NCBI RefSeq assembly: GCF_001194135.2
Contig: NC_068990.1
Location: 15,351,823-15,415,822, forward strand
Origin: Octopus bimaculoides
Lineage: Eukaryota
Direction of reading: 5' to 3'
DNA length: 64,000 nucleotides
The translations under genes and the position numbers were made by a program. This document shows, in pieces, positions 27,653-39,986 of this stretch. The notes under the pieces are model-generated. The model worked only from the letters and a program-made list of their open reading frames with translations, did no database searches and was not told the origin of the DNA. Within the stretch, counting starts at the first letter, position 1; every line of letters starts with the position of its first letter.

Positions 27653-29639
27653 TCATCCATCCATCCATTCGTATATATAGTTGAAAAATTTTGATTTTCT
27701 ATTCAAACTTTTATCACCTTGGAACAATATTGTGATTATTTTTCCTGTTTTAGTTTGCTAGGCAGTGTATATTAGAACAAAAATTGCAGTTTGTATATGG
27801 ATTTGTGAAACTCTAGTTTATTTTAAAAGTGATAGATCTTGTTTACAATAAGAATCAGATACACTTGTCATATTTATTTTCTTTAAGTCTTCTTAAAGGT
27901 AAGCATATGTTGGTAATATCATGTTTTAAAAGAATTTTTAGTGAGCCCAACATCAGAAAAAGAGGCACTGTTATTTATAATGACAATCTCACTAGTAAGC
28001 AAATGCAGATGAATTACTTCCTTTAAAAGCAAGCCCAACTGAGACTGTTACCCTCAGAACAAAAAGCTATTTTTCTTCCATATGGTATAATAATACTTCC
28101 ATAATGGAGCTGTTCAATGATATGAACAGTCAACATTGCAAATTTACACAATTTCATATAACAGAATTTTACTCCTCCACGAAAACCTTTAATTTTTTTG
28201 TTGTACCATTTAGTGACTCCTGTATTAATATTATTTATGCAGTAGAGATATTCCTTCTATCATTTGATAACTTATTCTGAGTTAAATAGAACCTGTTATT
28301 TGTTTTGCTTTGTAGTGTGGTATAAATAAGAGCTTTATCATTTCCTGGGGTTTCTTCGAAAGATCTCTCGTGTAATGGTACTTGACAAAACATGTAAGTC
28401 AGAGATCAGGAAGTCTCTTTCCAGGTCAAGCCACCGCTTCTCCACATTGAGAGATCATGGTTCTGGTACTAAGGACATATGATTAGAATGCTGCAGGAAA
28501 AGATCACAGCACAGATTCTTGAAACTGAGCCAATTGGTAGGAAATCTAGGAGAAGACTGAAAATGAGATGATGGGATAATATCCATTGTCTCAGTTTGTT
28601 ATACTTGGGAATACAGCTGGAAAGTGTAATGATGAATGCTTCTGGTAGGACCCTAAGGAGGAGGTATTCAAGGACTCTACATTCCACAAGCCTCCCCGAA
28701 ATAGTGGATGTAGACAGTGGATGGCTAGCTGGCTTGATGGATGGATGGATGGGTGGTAGGGTAGGAGACAGGTCCACTTTTACAGGTAATGTTCTTATTT
28801 GATGAAGCACCAATAGGGGAACAAATGTGCACAGACGTTAGTGTAGTGGTCAACTACTCAATAAATGAACTGCACTGAAATTGAACTCACTTTCTTCATG
28901 TTGATGGTATAATACTACTATAACCGCTCGATGAAATTTGATACCTATCCTCTTCAGTATGGAAAATGATTGTAGCTTGTTTCTTGCAACTTAATTTATT
29001 CATTGGTGTATGTGGAGGATGATGGTATTGATCCACGACTGATTACATGCAACACAATCAACTAACTAAGAATTCAACCTGAGGCTGTCTGCAAATCACT
29101 AAAGGTATCAGCAAGCTTCCTTATTATATAAAAACAGAGTGAGAGTAGATAAAGAAGAGGGGGAATCTAAGCTGGTACTATTAGACTGTACTATGAGTAA
29201 TATAGATGAAGAAGACTAGGTGGAAGAACCAGGATTGTAAATGGATCTTAAGCTGTGTTATCTTATTGTACTGACAATCTTAATGTAGGAATTGCTAAAG
29301 CACTTTTTATCATGTTGTTTTAAGAATCAATCCTGTAAACATAGTTGAAAGTTAAGAATGCACATATCCTATAGCATTCTGATGTAGTATACTTGATATG
29401 TTTTGATAACATGGAATTAACCAGCACTTCTACTAAACTCGTTGAAAACTTAATTCTTACTTACTTGCTACAGTTTAATCGTTAGTTTACAGTGAGTGTT
29501 TATTTGAAACAGTTTGTATGAGGTGTTAGTTATTGGTTTAGCGATTGCATATGGTTTAAATCCACACACTTACCATTTAAGATGCTTGAATTTCTGCTTT
29601 TTTATTTTGTATATGATATCATCACAAAGTCTAGTCCTT

Positions 29640-30030
29640 GTGGTGTGATGTTTCAATGACACCAAGAGTTACCCCAGTGGAGTGTAAGTTCCTGGTGGGG
29701 TCCCCCATGCTGGATAGGTCAAAGGGGAGATAGGCCAGACTCTTCTGGACCATCGTTTCCTTCTGGGAACGGTTGACACATCTGGGTTTGCTTTGGGCCC
29801 AACACCTAAACTTAGAAAAATGAAAAGCAAGGTTACAGAAATGTCAATAACAATTCAAAACCTACAAAACCTGAGAGAGGAAGGCCTTCTCTCAGGGACA
29901 TGTCAGGCCCTGTCCTGGAACCTACAAGAGAGCCCCAACAGGACATCCTAAAAGTGGTTGAAGGTGGGGATACTGAGGCTGAGCTGAAAAAGCAATAATC
30001 TGATTGGAAAAATGCAGAAAAAACAGCTCA
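29640..30030 (+). mobile_element. Short RTE-derived remnant ending in an RTE-type 3' terminus
   Basis: ...WKNAEKTAQS*ELWRKVFDGLCSIRV* resembles the RTE ORF2 terminus. The upstream part resembles an RTE 5' UTR (recalled, not verified). Confidence 0.45.
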
Positions 30031-30843
30031 GAGTTGAGAATTGTGGAGAAAAGTCTTTGATGGCCTATGCTCCATAAGGGTTTAAAAGGAAAAAAACAAG
30101 AATTGTGTATCTGAAGTATACTCTGGTCAGGGATCTCATGACAATCTGGTAAAACCTGCTACTAAAGTAAGTAAAGTTACCTTCTTCAGTCGTGCTGACT
30201 CATAAGGGCTGTTTTCCAGGTTTCTTGGCATAAAAAATTTCCCACCTAGACGGGACACTGGTCCATTGTAGGATTACTAATTTTTGCCAGCTGATTGGAC
30301 TGGAGCAATGTGAAATGAATTGTTTTGCTCAAGAACTCAATGCATTGCCTGGTTCAGGAATTGAAACCACAATCTTATGATCATGAGTCCAACACCCTAA
30401 CCACTAAGCCATACATCTCCACTGAAACCTGCTACTGGTATCATGTAAACAATGATTGAGTGATCAGTGGCTAAACTGGATCCCCCACTTGAGTGGCTCA
30501 TTACTCTTGTGAGGAGGACATCTGGACACCAAGCAGGACTATAAACAACACCTGTCAAAGGATGGATAAGCTCCTTGTTGACCAATGATCATGCAAGTGG
30601 TGAAGGCAGTGGCAGTTCTCCCAAATATCCTTGTCAAGAAAACGCTATGGGGAAGTTAGAATGAAATAATGTTATGGCTTCATCTGATGGGAGAACTCAT
30701 GCTTAATTGAGAAGGCTTTTATTGTGGTGTCATCAACACACGATACATGATGATAATGGTATCTAAAGTAATTCAGCTTGACTCAGTCCATCTCCCTTGA
30801 AAGTAAACTCAGTGAAGCATTTGGTTGAAGCATTGCAAATATA

Positions 30844-31071
30844 TTGGGTTGTCCGGAAAGTTCGTGCCGATTTTTAAAGGAAAGAAAAATGTCAATAAAT
30901 ACTTGCCATTACATTTTTAATCAACCAAATATGAACCATTTCGTTGCACAATGCGTCTCCATCTTTCCTTTAACTTGAAAATACCCTCTTCCCAGAATTG
31001 AGGTGGTTTCGTGGCAAATAAGTCGAAAGGTAAGCTACTATAAATCGACACGAACTTTCCAGACAACCCAA
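30844..31071 (+). mobile_element. Mariner-type MITE (228 bp)
   Basis: TIRs TTGGGTTGTCCGGAAAGTTCGTGCCGATTT / AAATCGACACGAACTTTCCAGACAACCCAA, flanked by TA on both sides. Confidence 0.9.
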
Positions 31072-31764
31072 TACAATGAACTTGCACTTGTCAGTTATTG
31101 AGTGCTACTGTTATCTAAAACAAACAGCAGTATCACTACATGCTACTTATTTACAATTGGGTTAATGATCCAATTGAAAGCTAAGTGCCTTGGCCATATA
31201 GACAGTGATATCAGTCATCTGTTGTGTTGATTGTGTTATGTACTCAGTGTCAAACAGTTAGAAGCAGCAAGCAGTAAATTTGAATTATGGAGCAAATTAA
31301 ATAGAATAAAAATTATGATCATATCAGATACTCTGTTACTAAATAAATGACTAGATATTAGATTTTAAAACTTGCCAACCTATCTAATGTTACTCAGAGA
31401 TTATAGCTCATGGCTCTCATCTGTCTCATCTATTATACTGTAATGATTCTGAAGTGATTAAGAAGACTAATGTGAAAACTTTCCAACACAAAACTTTCAA
31501 GAAATCAAATATTAACTTTAGACCAGATCACATTGAAAGATTACCTTAACTTAGTCAATATCATATTAAGAAAAATAATTATGAAGCAAAAGTTATTTTT
31601 CTATTTTTGCTTATGAAGAAAACAGACAAAGCAAGTACTACCAAAACAAATCTAACCCAATGACTTCTTGAATTACTACCAAAATCTCAATGTACTTGAA
31701 TTTTTTTATGAAAACGGAACTAATAAGAAAGAGAGGCAGGGTGGGGGAGAGAATCAGTTAGTGA

Positions 31765-31795
<31 letters not shown>

Positions 31796-31991
31796 CAGCA
31801 TTATATCTTGGTTTCACTTTAAGATGTAATCGTATTTAAGCAAAATAATACAATAAAATGGAAAACAAAAGAAAAATAATAGTAATGAAAAAATTAAAAC
31901 AAATAAATTTTGGAATGTTCTGTTTAGTCAGTGAAGTATGAAATCAGATGAGTTCATGGATAGAAAACAGTCTACTTGTCATATAATATAC

Positions 31992-32023
<32 letters not shown>

Positions 32024-32033
32024 NNNNNNNNNN

Positions 32034-32066
<33 letters not shown>

Positions 32067-32705
32067 ATATGCTTGCATATGTGCACACTCTCTCACATGT
32101 ATGTGTATGATTTTACCAATATTAATTTTTCTTCTTTTTATTTCTATATACACTTTTATATTTTAAGATTCAAATAAAAATATATTTGTTTTTCCATTTT
32201 TATTTATTTTTAAAAGTCATTTATTTAACATTGTTTGACTTAAAAGGATATAAATTCAAAGAATGGACAAAGCAAAACAATTTGTACATCAATAACAATG
32301 TCAATGAGGATGATGATGATGATGACGACGATGATAAGGATAATAATATAACATGTTCAAACATTCAGAATATTGAAGTAAAAGATGGCTAACAATACTT
32401 TTATATGTGTTAATCCTTTGATGGTAATGTTTGAGAGAAAATGTGTACAAATAGGTTTTTATTCATTGTAGAGTTGATTTCAACACAAGAGTAAATGTTC
32501 TCTTCAAAGTTGAAATTTTGATCAAACTAAACGAAGAAGATAAACAAAGAAGCCCTTTCTGACTTGTGAGTGAAAGAATGGAGCAGATTTCAAAATTGGT
32601 AGGGTTTTTAGAGCATTTTTGAAGTCCTCGTTTACATGCAATTTATTTTGGGTATGTTCCCCAGGCAAGTTTATCCCTCTTCTGGCAATACCTATTTTCC
32701 CACAC

Positions 32706-33015
32706 GATTTATAGTAGCTTGCCTTTCGACTTATTTGCCATGAAACCACTTCAATTCTGGGAAGAGGGTATTTTCAAGTTAAAGGAAAGATGGAGATGCA
32801 TTGTGCAACAAAATGGTTCATATTTGGTTGATTGAAAATGTAATGGCAAGTATTTATTGACCTTTTTCTTTCCTTTAAAAATCGGCACAAACATTCCAGA
32901 CAACCCAATATATTTGCAATGCTTCAACCAAATGCTTCACTGAGTTTACTTTCAAGAGAGATGGACTGAGTCAAGCTGAATTACTTTAGATACCATCATC
33001 ATCATGTATCGTGTG
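32706..33015 (-). repeat. Inverted 310-bp copy of 30737-31046 with 13-bp target-site duplication
   Basis: Reverse complement matches 30737-31046. TATTTTCCCACAC occurs at 32693-32705 and 33016-33028. Confidence 0.9.
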
Positions 33016-33877
33016 TATTTTCCCACACCAACAAATATAGTTTTATTCCTTATAATTTGTATGGCTTAGCCAAAGAAAGAAGAACTGAACCAATAACCTT
33101 TTACAGGACTTCTGAGAGTGGAAGGGGAAAAGCAGAAACCATGAAATATAGGTTATCCTCAGAATGGACATGACATTGTTTTCAAATGTTTGTGATAAAG
33201 TGGTTTCTACTGAAGTTACCCAAAGACCAGGTGATGGCTTTAAATTGCATGGTTAAATCTACCACTGAAGAACAGGTGTGGTTCATCTGATGAACAACCT
33301 GCACAGTTTCTGTCTACCCACTTTCCGTCAAGGTTGGGATTGAATTGTGAAGAACTGAACTGAGCCAGACACTTGCTGGGGGTGCTGTGCATTGAGATTG
33401 GATCTGGAACCATGTGATTGCCAAGTTTGTTTTTTTAATTATGTCTTTTATTTTTTGTCTTTTACTTGTTTCAGTCATTGGATGATGGCCATGCTGGGGT
33501 ACTGCATTGAAGGGTATTAGTCAAACAATTTGCCCCCATCTCCAATTTTTCTTAAGCTTGATACTTATTCTATTGGCCTCTTTTGCTGAACCACTAAGTT
33601 ACGAGGATGTCAACACACCAACACTGGTTGTCAAACACTGGCCAGGGGTAAACACATTCACAAAGACACACGTATGTAGGTATATAAATATATATACACA
33701 CATACACACGTGTGTGTGTGTGATGAGCTTCTTTCATTTTCCGTCTACCAAATTTGCTCACAAGGCTTTGGTTGACCCAAGGATAAAATAGAGGAAACTT
33801 ACCCAAGGTGCTATGTGGTGGGATTGAACCCAGAACTATGTGGTTGGTAAGCAAGCTTCTTATCACACAGCTATACC

Positions 33878-34098
33878 TACCCCTAATTCCCCCAGTAGTA
33901 ATCCTTTGGATTACTATGTGTGGGGCACAGTTGAGAAAGACATCAACCACACTGCCTGCAATTTGCAGGTCGAGCTGGTGGCCAAGATCAAGGAGGTGTT
34001 TGAAGATTTTCTTAGCGACACAATGGGGAATACATATGCCTGGTTCTGAAGCCATCTTGGGGCCCGTGATAGAAGCAGAGGGTGGCTACTTTGAATAA
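33878..34098 (+). mobile_element. Tc1/mariner (maT/DD37D-like) transposase C-terminal relic
   Basis: PNSPSSNPLDYYVWGTVEKDINHTACN..ELVAKIKEVFEDF...VIEAEGGYFE* matches the WPPNSPDLNPLDY.VW...GGYFE tail. Confidence 0.85.
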
Positions 34099-35160
34099 GC
34101 TGCCAGCCATAATCTAGTTGATTATTTTGATTTTTTAAAATGCTTTTATTTCTGGACAGGATGTGGTTTTCTTTTCTTTAATGCAAACTGTCAAATTTAG
34201 CTCAGACACCTTGTATACTTCAAGTTGTTTGAACAAACAAGATTTTGTTATTTTTAAAAATCTTTTATTGGTTTTCAGTCTCTGTCATTTGTGAGCTATT
34301 CTTATTGTTTTAAGCTTGTAATCAGTGTCCCATCGTATATCATTTAATCAATTTCTTCATCTAAACTTGCAATGGTGTCTGCAGTATCATCTTGCAGATT
34401 ATTTCTGTTCAGTCCAATTTAACATCAATTCTAGTCTTCAAAAGGCTCTTGGAAACTATATGTTCATGTAAAACATTCTAAACTATTTTAACCCAGGTGG
34501 GAACAATAGTAAGGTCAAGCCCTTTGAGATTGCCTCCAGCTGTTATTTCCTCTTCATTTGCTACTTTTTCCCTTAGAGATTGTTTATTTCGTTTACTTGG
34601 CATTTCCTGCAGCTAGGTTCTGTTCTTTCTCCATAAATTAATATTCTCAACGACACCAAACTTCCAGCTGTTCTTTTTAGCAAGTTATTTGATGTTTAAG
34701 TTTAAAATTATTTTACTGTAAGTACTATGTCTCTCTCCACATCCATACTTTTATTATAAGAGTACATATTGGTTTCTAATTTTGGCACAAGGCTAACAAT
34801 TTCAAAGGGGTGGGTTACATTTACTCTACAGGGTGTCCACAAAGTCTGGGTACATGGGGATTAACACATACTTTAAGAAATTATTATTTCTTATATTTAA
34901 TTGTTTATGTTATGATTTTATTTACTCCATGTAAAGCTGTGAGATAATACATGATTAACACATAAAGTGTGACAGGCCACGATCGTGGCCATCACGCACA
35001 GGTCGACAGGCCACGATCGTATCTCAGATAGATGCATTTAATTCATGGGCGTTTGTTGGGGTCTAATGTCACTCAAATGCTCCTATACCCCCCAGAATGC
35101 AAGAGGACTAATATTTAAACTAATGACTTTTCAGATGATGTAAAACTTGTCACAATTATA

Positions 35161-35369
35161 CAGGGTGTCCACAAAGTCTGGGTACATGAGGATTAACACA
35201 TACTTTAAGAAATTATTATTTCTTATATTTAATTCTTTATGTTATGATTTTATTCACTCCATGTACCCACATGGGGATTAATGCATACTTTAAAAAATTA
35301 TTATTTCTTATATTTTATTGTTTATGTTATTTTATTTACTCCATGTACCCAGACTTTGTGGACACCCTG
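35161..35369. mobile_element. Tc1/mariner MITE with internal duplication; truncated copy at 34829-34933
   Basis: TIR CAGGGTGTCCACAAAGTCTGGGTACAT / ATGTACCCAGACTTTGTGGACACCCTG with TA flanks. An internal unit of about 85 bp is present twice. Confidence 0.85.
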
Positions 35370-36359
35370 TATACTAAGAAGATATTTTAACTATTTTTTG
35401 TTTTTTGTGTGTACATGGTAGTCCCATTTTCATAAAATGTCCTCAGCAGTCAATGGTATGTAAGTGCAAATCCCAGCACTTTGTAGGTTAATTAAAAACA
35501 ATATGAATAAATAAGCATTACATTTGATAGAGTAATCTGAATGCTAAAGGGTTAAATAATAGTTTTTAAACAATTGAATTAGAACATTACTCCACCAACA
35601 TGTTAATGGAAATAACAATAATCACTGGAGGTATTCACAATACATACAGTGTTTTATCAACTCGGGCAACGAAGTGACTTGGAGACTACTGCCTTTGGCA
35701 TCTTTGTTTTCATAGATTTGTTGACATGCTTATCTTACTTTCACATTTGAATTTATTGCTACCCATGAATTTTTTACCCTGATTGTTTGTATGAAACTCT
35801 CACAGTTTACACAAGTAAATATAGTAACCTTTTCATCGAAATTAGATGTGTTTATATATTGTTTATATATTCTTCTATCCTTTTACGTGTTTCACACGTT
35901 GGACTGCGGCCATGCTGGGGTAATTTGAACCTCAGTACTTATGATTTTTTTTTTATGTGTGGTGCTTTTCCACTGGACACACAAGCAAGCTAACATTGAT
36001 TGTCAAGTGGTAGGCGACAAACACAAAAACATACCACGATGTACCCAACACAGTACGATGACTTCTGTTCATAATTATATATCCGTGAAAGAGTACATCG
36101 TGGTATGTTGATTCTTGTTTATTTTTATGTATCTCGACCATACGTGTACTGATGAACAAAAGATGCAGGTTACTTCACAGTTTTTCTGTATTTGATTGAG
36201 AAATCAGTGGTTTACCGTTAAGTTAAATGTTTTTAAGAGATTAATTTTGAAAGCTGCATTCCCTCGCTTTCGGTAAATATGTTGCTTATTTTTTGGTAGT
36301 TTTTGACTTATTTAGTCCCTCGAAGCGTGAGGCATTACTACACAGTTAATGCCCTTTAT

Positions 36360-36398
<39 letters not shown>

Positions 36399-36555
36399 NN
36401 NNNNNNNNNNNNNNNNNNNNNNNNNNNNNNNNNNNNNNNNNNNNNNNNNNNNNNNNNNNNNNNNNNNNNNNNNNNNNNNNNNNNNNNNNNNGTAGTTTTT
36501 GACTTATTTAGTCCCTCGAAGCGTGAGGCATTACTACACAGTTAATGCCCTTTAT

Positions 36556-36596
<41 letters not shown>

Positions 36597-37433
36597 TATA
36601 TATATCTCATATTCTGTGTGATATATTTATCTCATATTCTGTGTGAATGAATGATATAATTATCATAATTTTTGCTTATTTTTTATTTAAAAAATGATGT
36701 TTTTGTTTCAATTTGTAGATTTATTTATGGCTGGTGGCTTGTAAATAATTGTGAAAAGATTGAGTTAATTAAGTGCTGTACTGGTAGTTCATGAGTCATT
36801 AGTTAAATTTAGTGCAAGTAATTTGTGGTAGACTTTGTAAAGGATGCTAAACTCTAAAGTATCTTTGAGTTCATCTAAGTTTTGGAAATTAATACCAGAT
36901 CAAGAAATGTCACTTGCAATTGAGAAGAAGATTTATCTCTTAGCAGAGAGATAAGTACTTAAATTTAAGTACTACTCTTTATCATCCTTCAGAGTTTTAA
37001 GATTTAAAACCAAAAAAAAAAAAAAAAAAAAAAAAAATGAAGTGTAGAATTGGAAACAGTTGTTAAAAAGATTCGGTGGATTTTTATTAGGTTGACCTAA
37101 ATTGTAACTTTTCTCAGTGAAGGTAACTCATAAATGCTCCTTCACCCTCAACAGCAATCTACAGCCCCCTCCACCCCGCTGTCTGTCCCCCATCCTACTG
37201 TCAGAGCAACTGGCTCTGTCTTGTCTCACTTTAACAGCTTCTCTTCTTATAAAACCCATCGACCTATTAAAACCTTCTCTAACCCTTTTAACACCAACCT
37301 GCAAAATCAGATTACCCCTGGTTCCCTGATAGAATTTTCCTGTTTTGAAGTGATCTAAATTAAAACCTTCCATCAAGATTTTATGTTAATTTATGTTCCA
37401 TATAAGGCTTTGAGCTGGCAGAATCGTTAGCAT

Positions 37434-37552
37434 ACTTACGGCCATATCATGTTGAAAGCACCGGTTCTCATCTGATCACCGAAGTTAAGCAACATCAAGC
37501 CTAGTTTGTACTTAGATGGGTGACCGCTTGGGAAGCCTAGGTGCTGTAAGCG
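37434..37552 (+). pseudogene. 5S rRNA copy, probably retroposed
   Basis: 119-nt match to eukaryotic 5S (CTTACGGCCATATCATGTTGAAAGCACCGG...GTACTTAGATGGGTGACCGCTTGGGAAGCCTAGGTGCTGTAAGC). Several apparent CpG-to-TpG/CpA changes, no T-run terminator, A-rich tail, solitary. Confidence 0.9.
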
Positions 37553-38125
37553 TAAATAAAAAAAGGCAGAGAGCTGGCAGAAACGTTAGCATGCCAGGCG
37601 AAATGCTTAGCAGTATTTCGTCTGCCGTTACGCTCTGAGTTCAAATTCCGCTGAGGTCGACTTTGCCTTTCATCCTTTCAGGGTCTATAAATTAAGTACC
37701 AGTTACGCACTGGGGTCGAGGTAATCGACTTAATCCCTTTGTCTGTCCTTGTTTGTCCCCTTGTAGNNNNNNNNNNNNNNNNNNNNNNNNNNNNNNNNNN
37801 NNNNNNNNNNNNNNNNNNNNNNNNNNNNNNNNNNNNNNNNNNNNNNNNNNNNNNNNNNNNNNNNNNNNNNNNNNNNNNNNNNNNNNNNNNNNNNNNNNNN
37901 NNNNNNNNNNNNNNNNNNNNNNNNNNNNNNNNNNNNNNNNNNNNNNNNNNNNNNNNNNNNNNNNNNNNNNNNNNNNNNNNNNNNNNNNNNNNNNNNNNNN
38001 NNNNNNNNNNNNNNNNNNNNNNNNNNNNNNNNNNNNNNNNNNNNNNNNNNNNNNNNNNNNNNNNNNNNNNNNNNNNNNNNNNNNNNNNNNNNNNNNNNNN
38101 NNNNNNNNNNNNNNNNNNNNNNNNN

Positions 38126-38166
38126 CCCTAACCCTAACCGTAGGGTTAGGGTTAGGGTTAGGGTTA
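38126..38166. repeat. Interstitial telomeric-type repeat junction (CCCTAA)n-(TTAGGG)n next to a gap
   Basis: CCCTAACCCTAACCGTAGGGTTAGGGTTAGGGTTAGGGTTA. Confidence 0.8.
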
Positions 38167-39431
38167 AAGCAAATAAAACGAAGGTATGGAGATTAAATAC
38201 GCTTTACATCGCTTAATCAGCCAAAGGAGTAAATGTAAACAACTGAATACTTGTCAGTGATTTGTTGAAATTATCGAAATAAGACAATTTTTTACATGAA
38301 ATAAATTCGAATACAAAAATATTTTTCTGTTCTATAACACAAAATAGATAAGTATACGAAGTTTGAAAGTCTTTCCGTACCAAAAACACTACGTAAAACA
38401 TTAATGAAAAATGTGGCCCCCGTTTTAAAATAGATCCAATATTTCTTCTATCTTTACATTCTGAGTTTAAATTCTGCTAAGGTCGACTTTGCCTTTCATT
38501 TTTTGGGGGGTCAATAAAATAAGTACCAGTTGAATACTGGAGTCAATGTAATCGACTTACCCTCCTCTAGAATTGTTGGCCTTGTACCAGAATTTGAAAC
38601 CAGTTTATGTCTCATATACGTATTTTACTAAATTCTTCATTATTTTTAAAATTAGTTGAAATAAAGTCAATGTATTTCAACAGGAATATGGTAGTAAAAG
38701 AGTTAACCTTTTGATCACCAAGCTACCTGAAACTGCACCTGGTTCCATGATAGAGTCTTTCTGTTTTGAAGTGATCTAAATTTAAACCTTCCTTCAAGAA
38801 TCCATTTTGAATTATGTTCCATATACCTATATTATTAAATACTTCATTATTTCTAATCACAGAATCGTTAGCACACCAGTTAAAATGCATATTGGCATTT
38901 TGTCTGTCTTTACATTCTGAGTTCAAATTCTGCTGAGGTTAACTTTGCCTTTCATCCTTCCAAGGTCAATAAGATATTACTGACTTCCCTGCTCCCTTGA
39001 AATTGCTGGCCCTGTGCTAAAATTTGAAACTATTATGACTTCAGTTACCCTTATAGTAGGAACTTTATCTAAAGTACTAACACGCTTTATAAGAAAATAA
39101 ACCCAGAAAACACGTTACATGAATTTATTCCAGGCTGTAATTAATTTCCAACAATTAAAATGTTTAATAAATATATCTCAGGCTATGTCATGCTGATGAT
39201 TTCTAAAAAGAATGAAATAGTGCTATACATGATTACTACAGACAAGAAATTTAAAGAACTTCATGGTAAATTAAGTGGTGTGGTTGTGGTGTAAGAAGTT
39301 TGCTTTCTAATCACATGGTTCCATGTTTATTCCCACTGTGTCACCCTTTGGACAAGTGTCTTCTACTATTGCCTCAGGCCAACCAAAATCTCTTGAGTAG
39401 ATTTAGTACTCAGAAATTGAAACAAACTTGT

Positions 39432-39464
<33 letters not shown>

Positions 39465-39566
39465 CTTTGTGTCTGTGTTTGTCTGCTACCACTGCTTGAC
39501 AACCAGTGTTGCTGTGTTTATATCCCCGTAACTTGGCAGTTTAGCCAAAGAGTGTATGTGTGTGTG

Positions 39567-39602
<36 letters not shown>

Positions 39603-39986
39603 TATATGTACATGTGTGTGTATATATATATGTTTATATACACATATATATATAGATATATATATGTATGTATATATATGTTTCTTTGTGTTTGCGTTTA
39701 TCCCCAAACCTACCTACCCTTCGACAATCAATGCTGGTTTGTTTATGTCCCTGCAACTTTGTTGTTTGGCAAAAGAGCTTGCTGGTATAAGTGCTAGTCC
39801 CTAAAACAGATTCTGGGGTTGATTTGATCAACTGAACCCTTTGAGGTGGTGCCACAGCATGGCCATAATCCAGTAATTGAAACAAGTGAAAAATAAAAGA
39901 AAGATATTACGGAGATGTACTTGCATAGCAAGCGACCTGATCTGAGATCATGTGCTGGAACGAAAACAATTACAGCATGGAAGGTG

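Noticed and set aside
28317-28397. Plus-strand acceptor/donor pair (ttgtag ... gtaagt)
   Set aside because: Stops in all three frames and no partner exons identified.
36296-36590. Identical segment of about 75 bp plus (AT)n on both sides of an N gap
   Set aside because: An exact duplicate flanking a scaffold gap is the signature of unmerged overlapping contigs, not biology.
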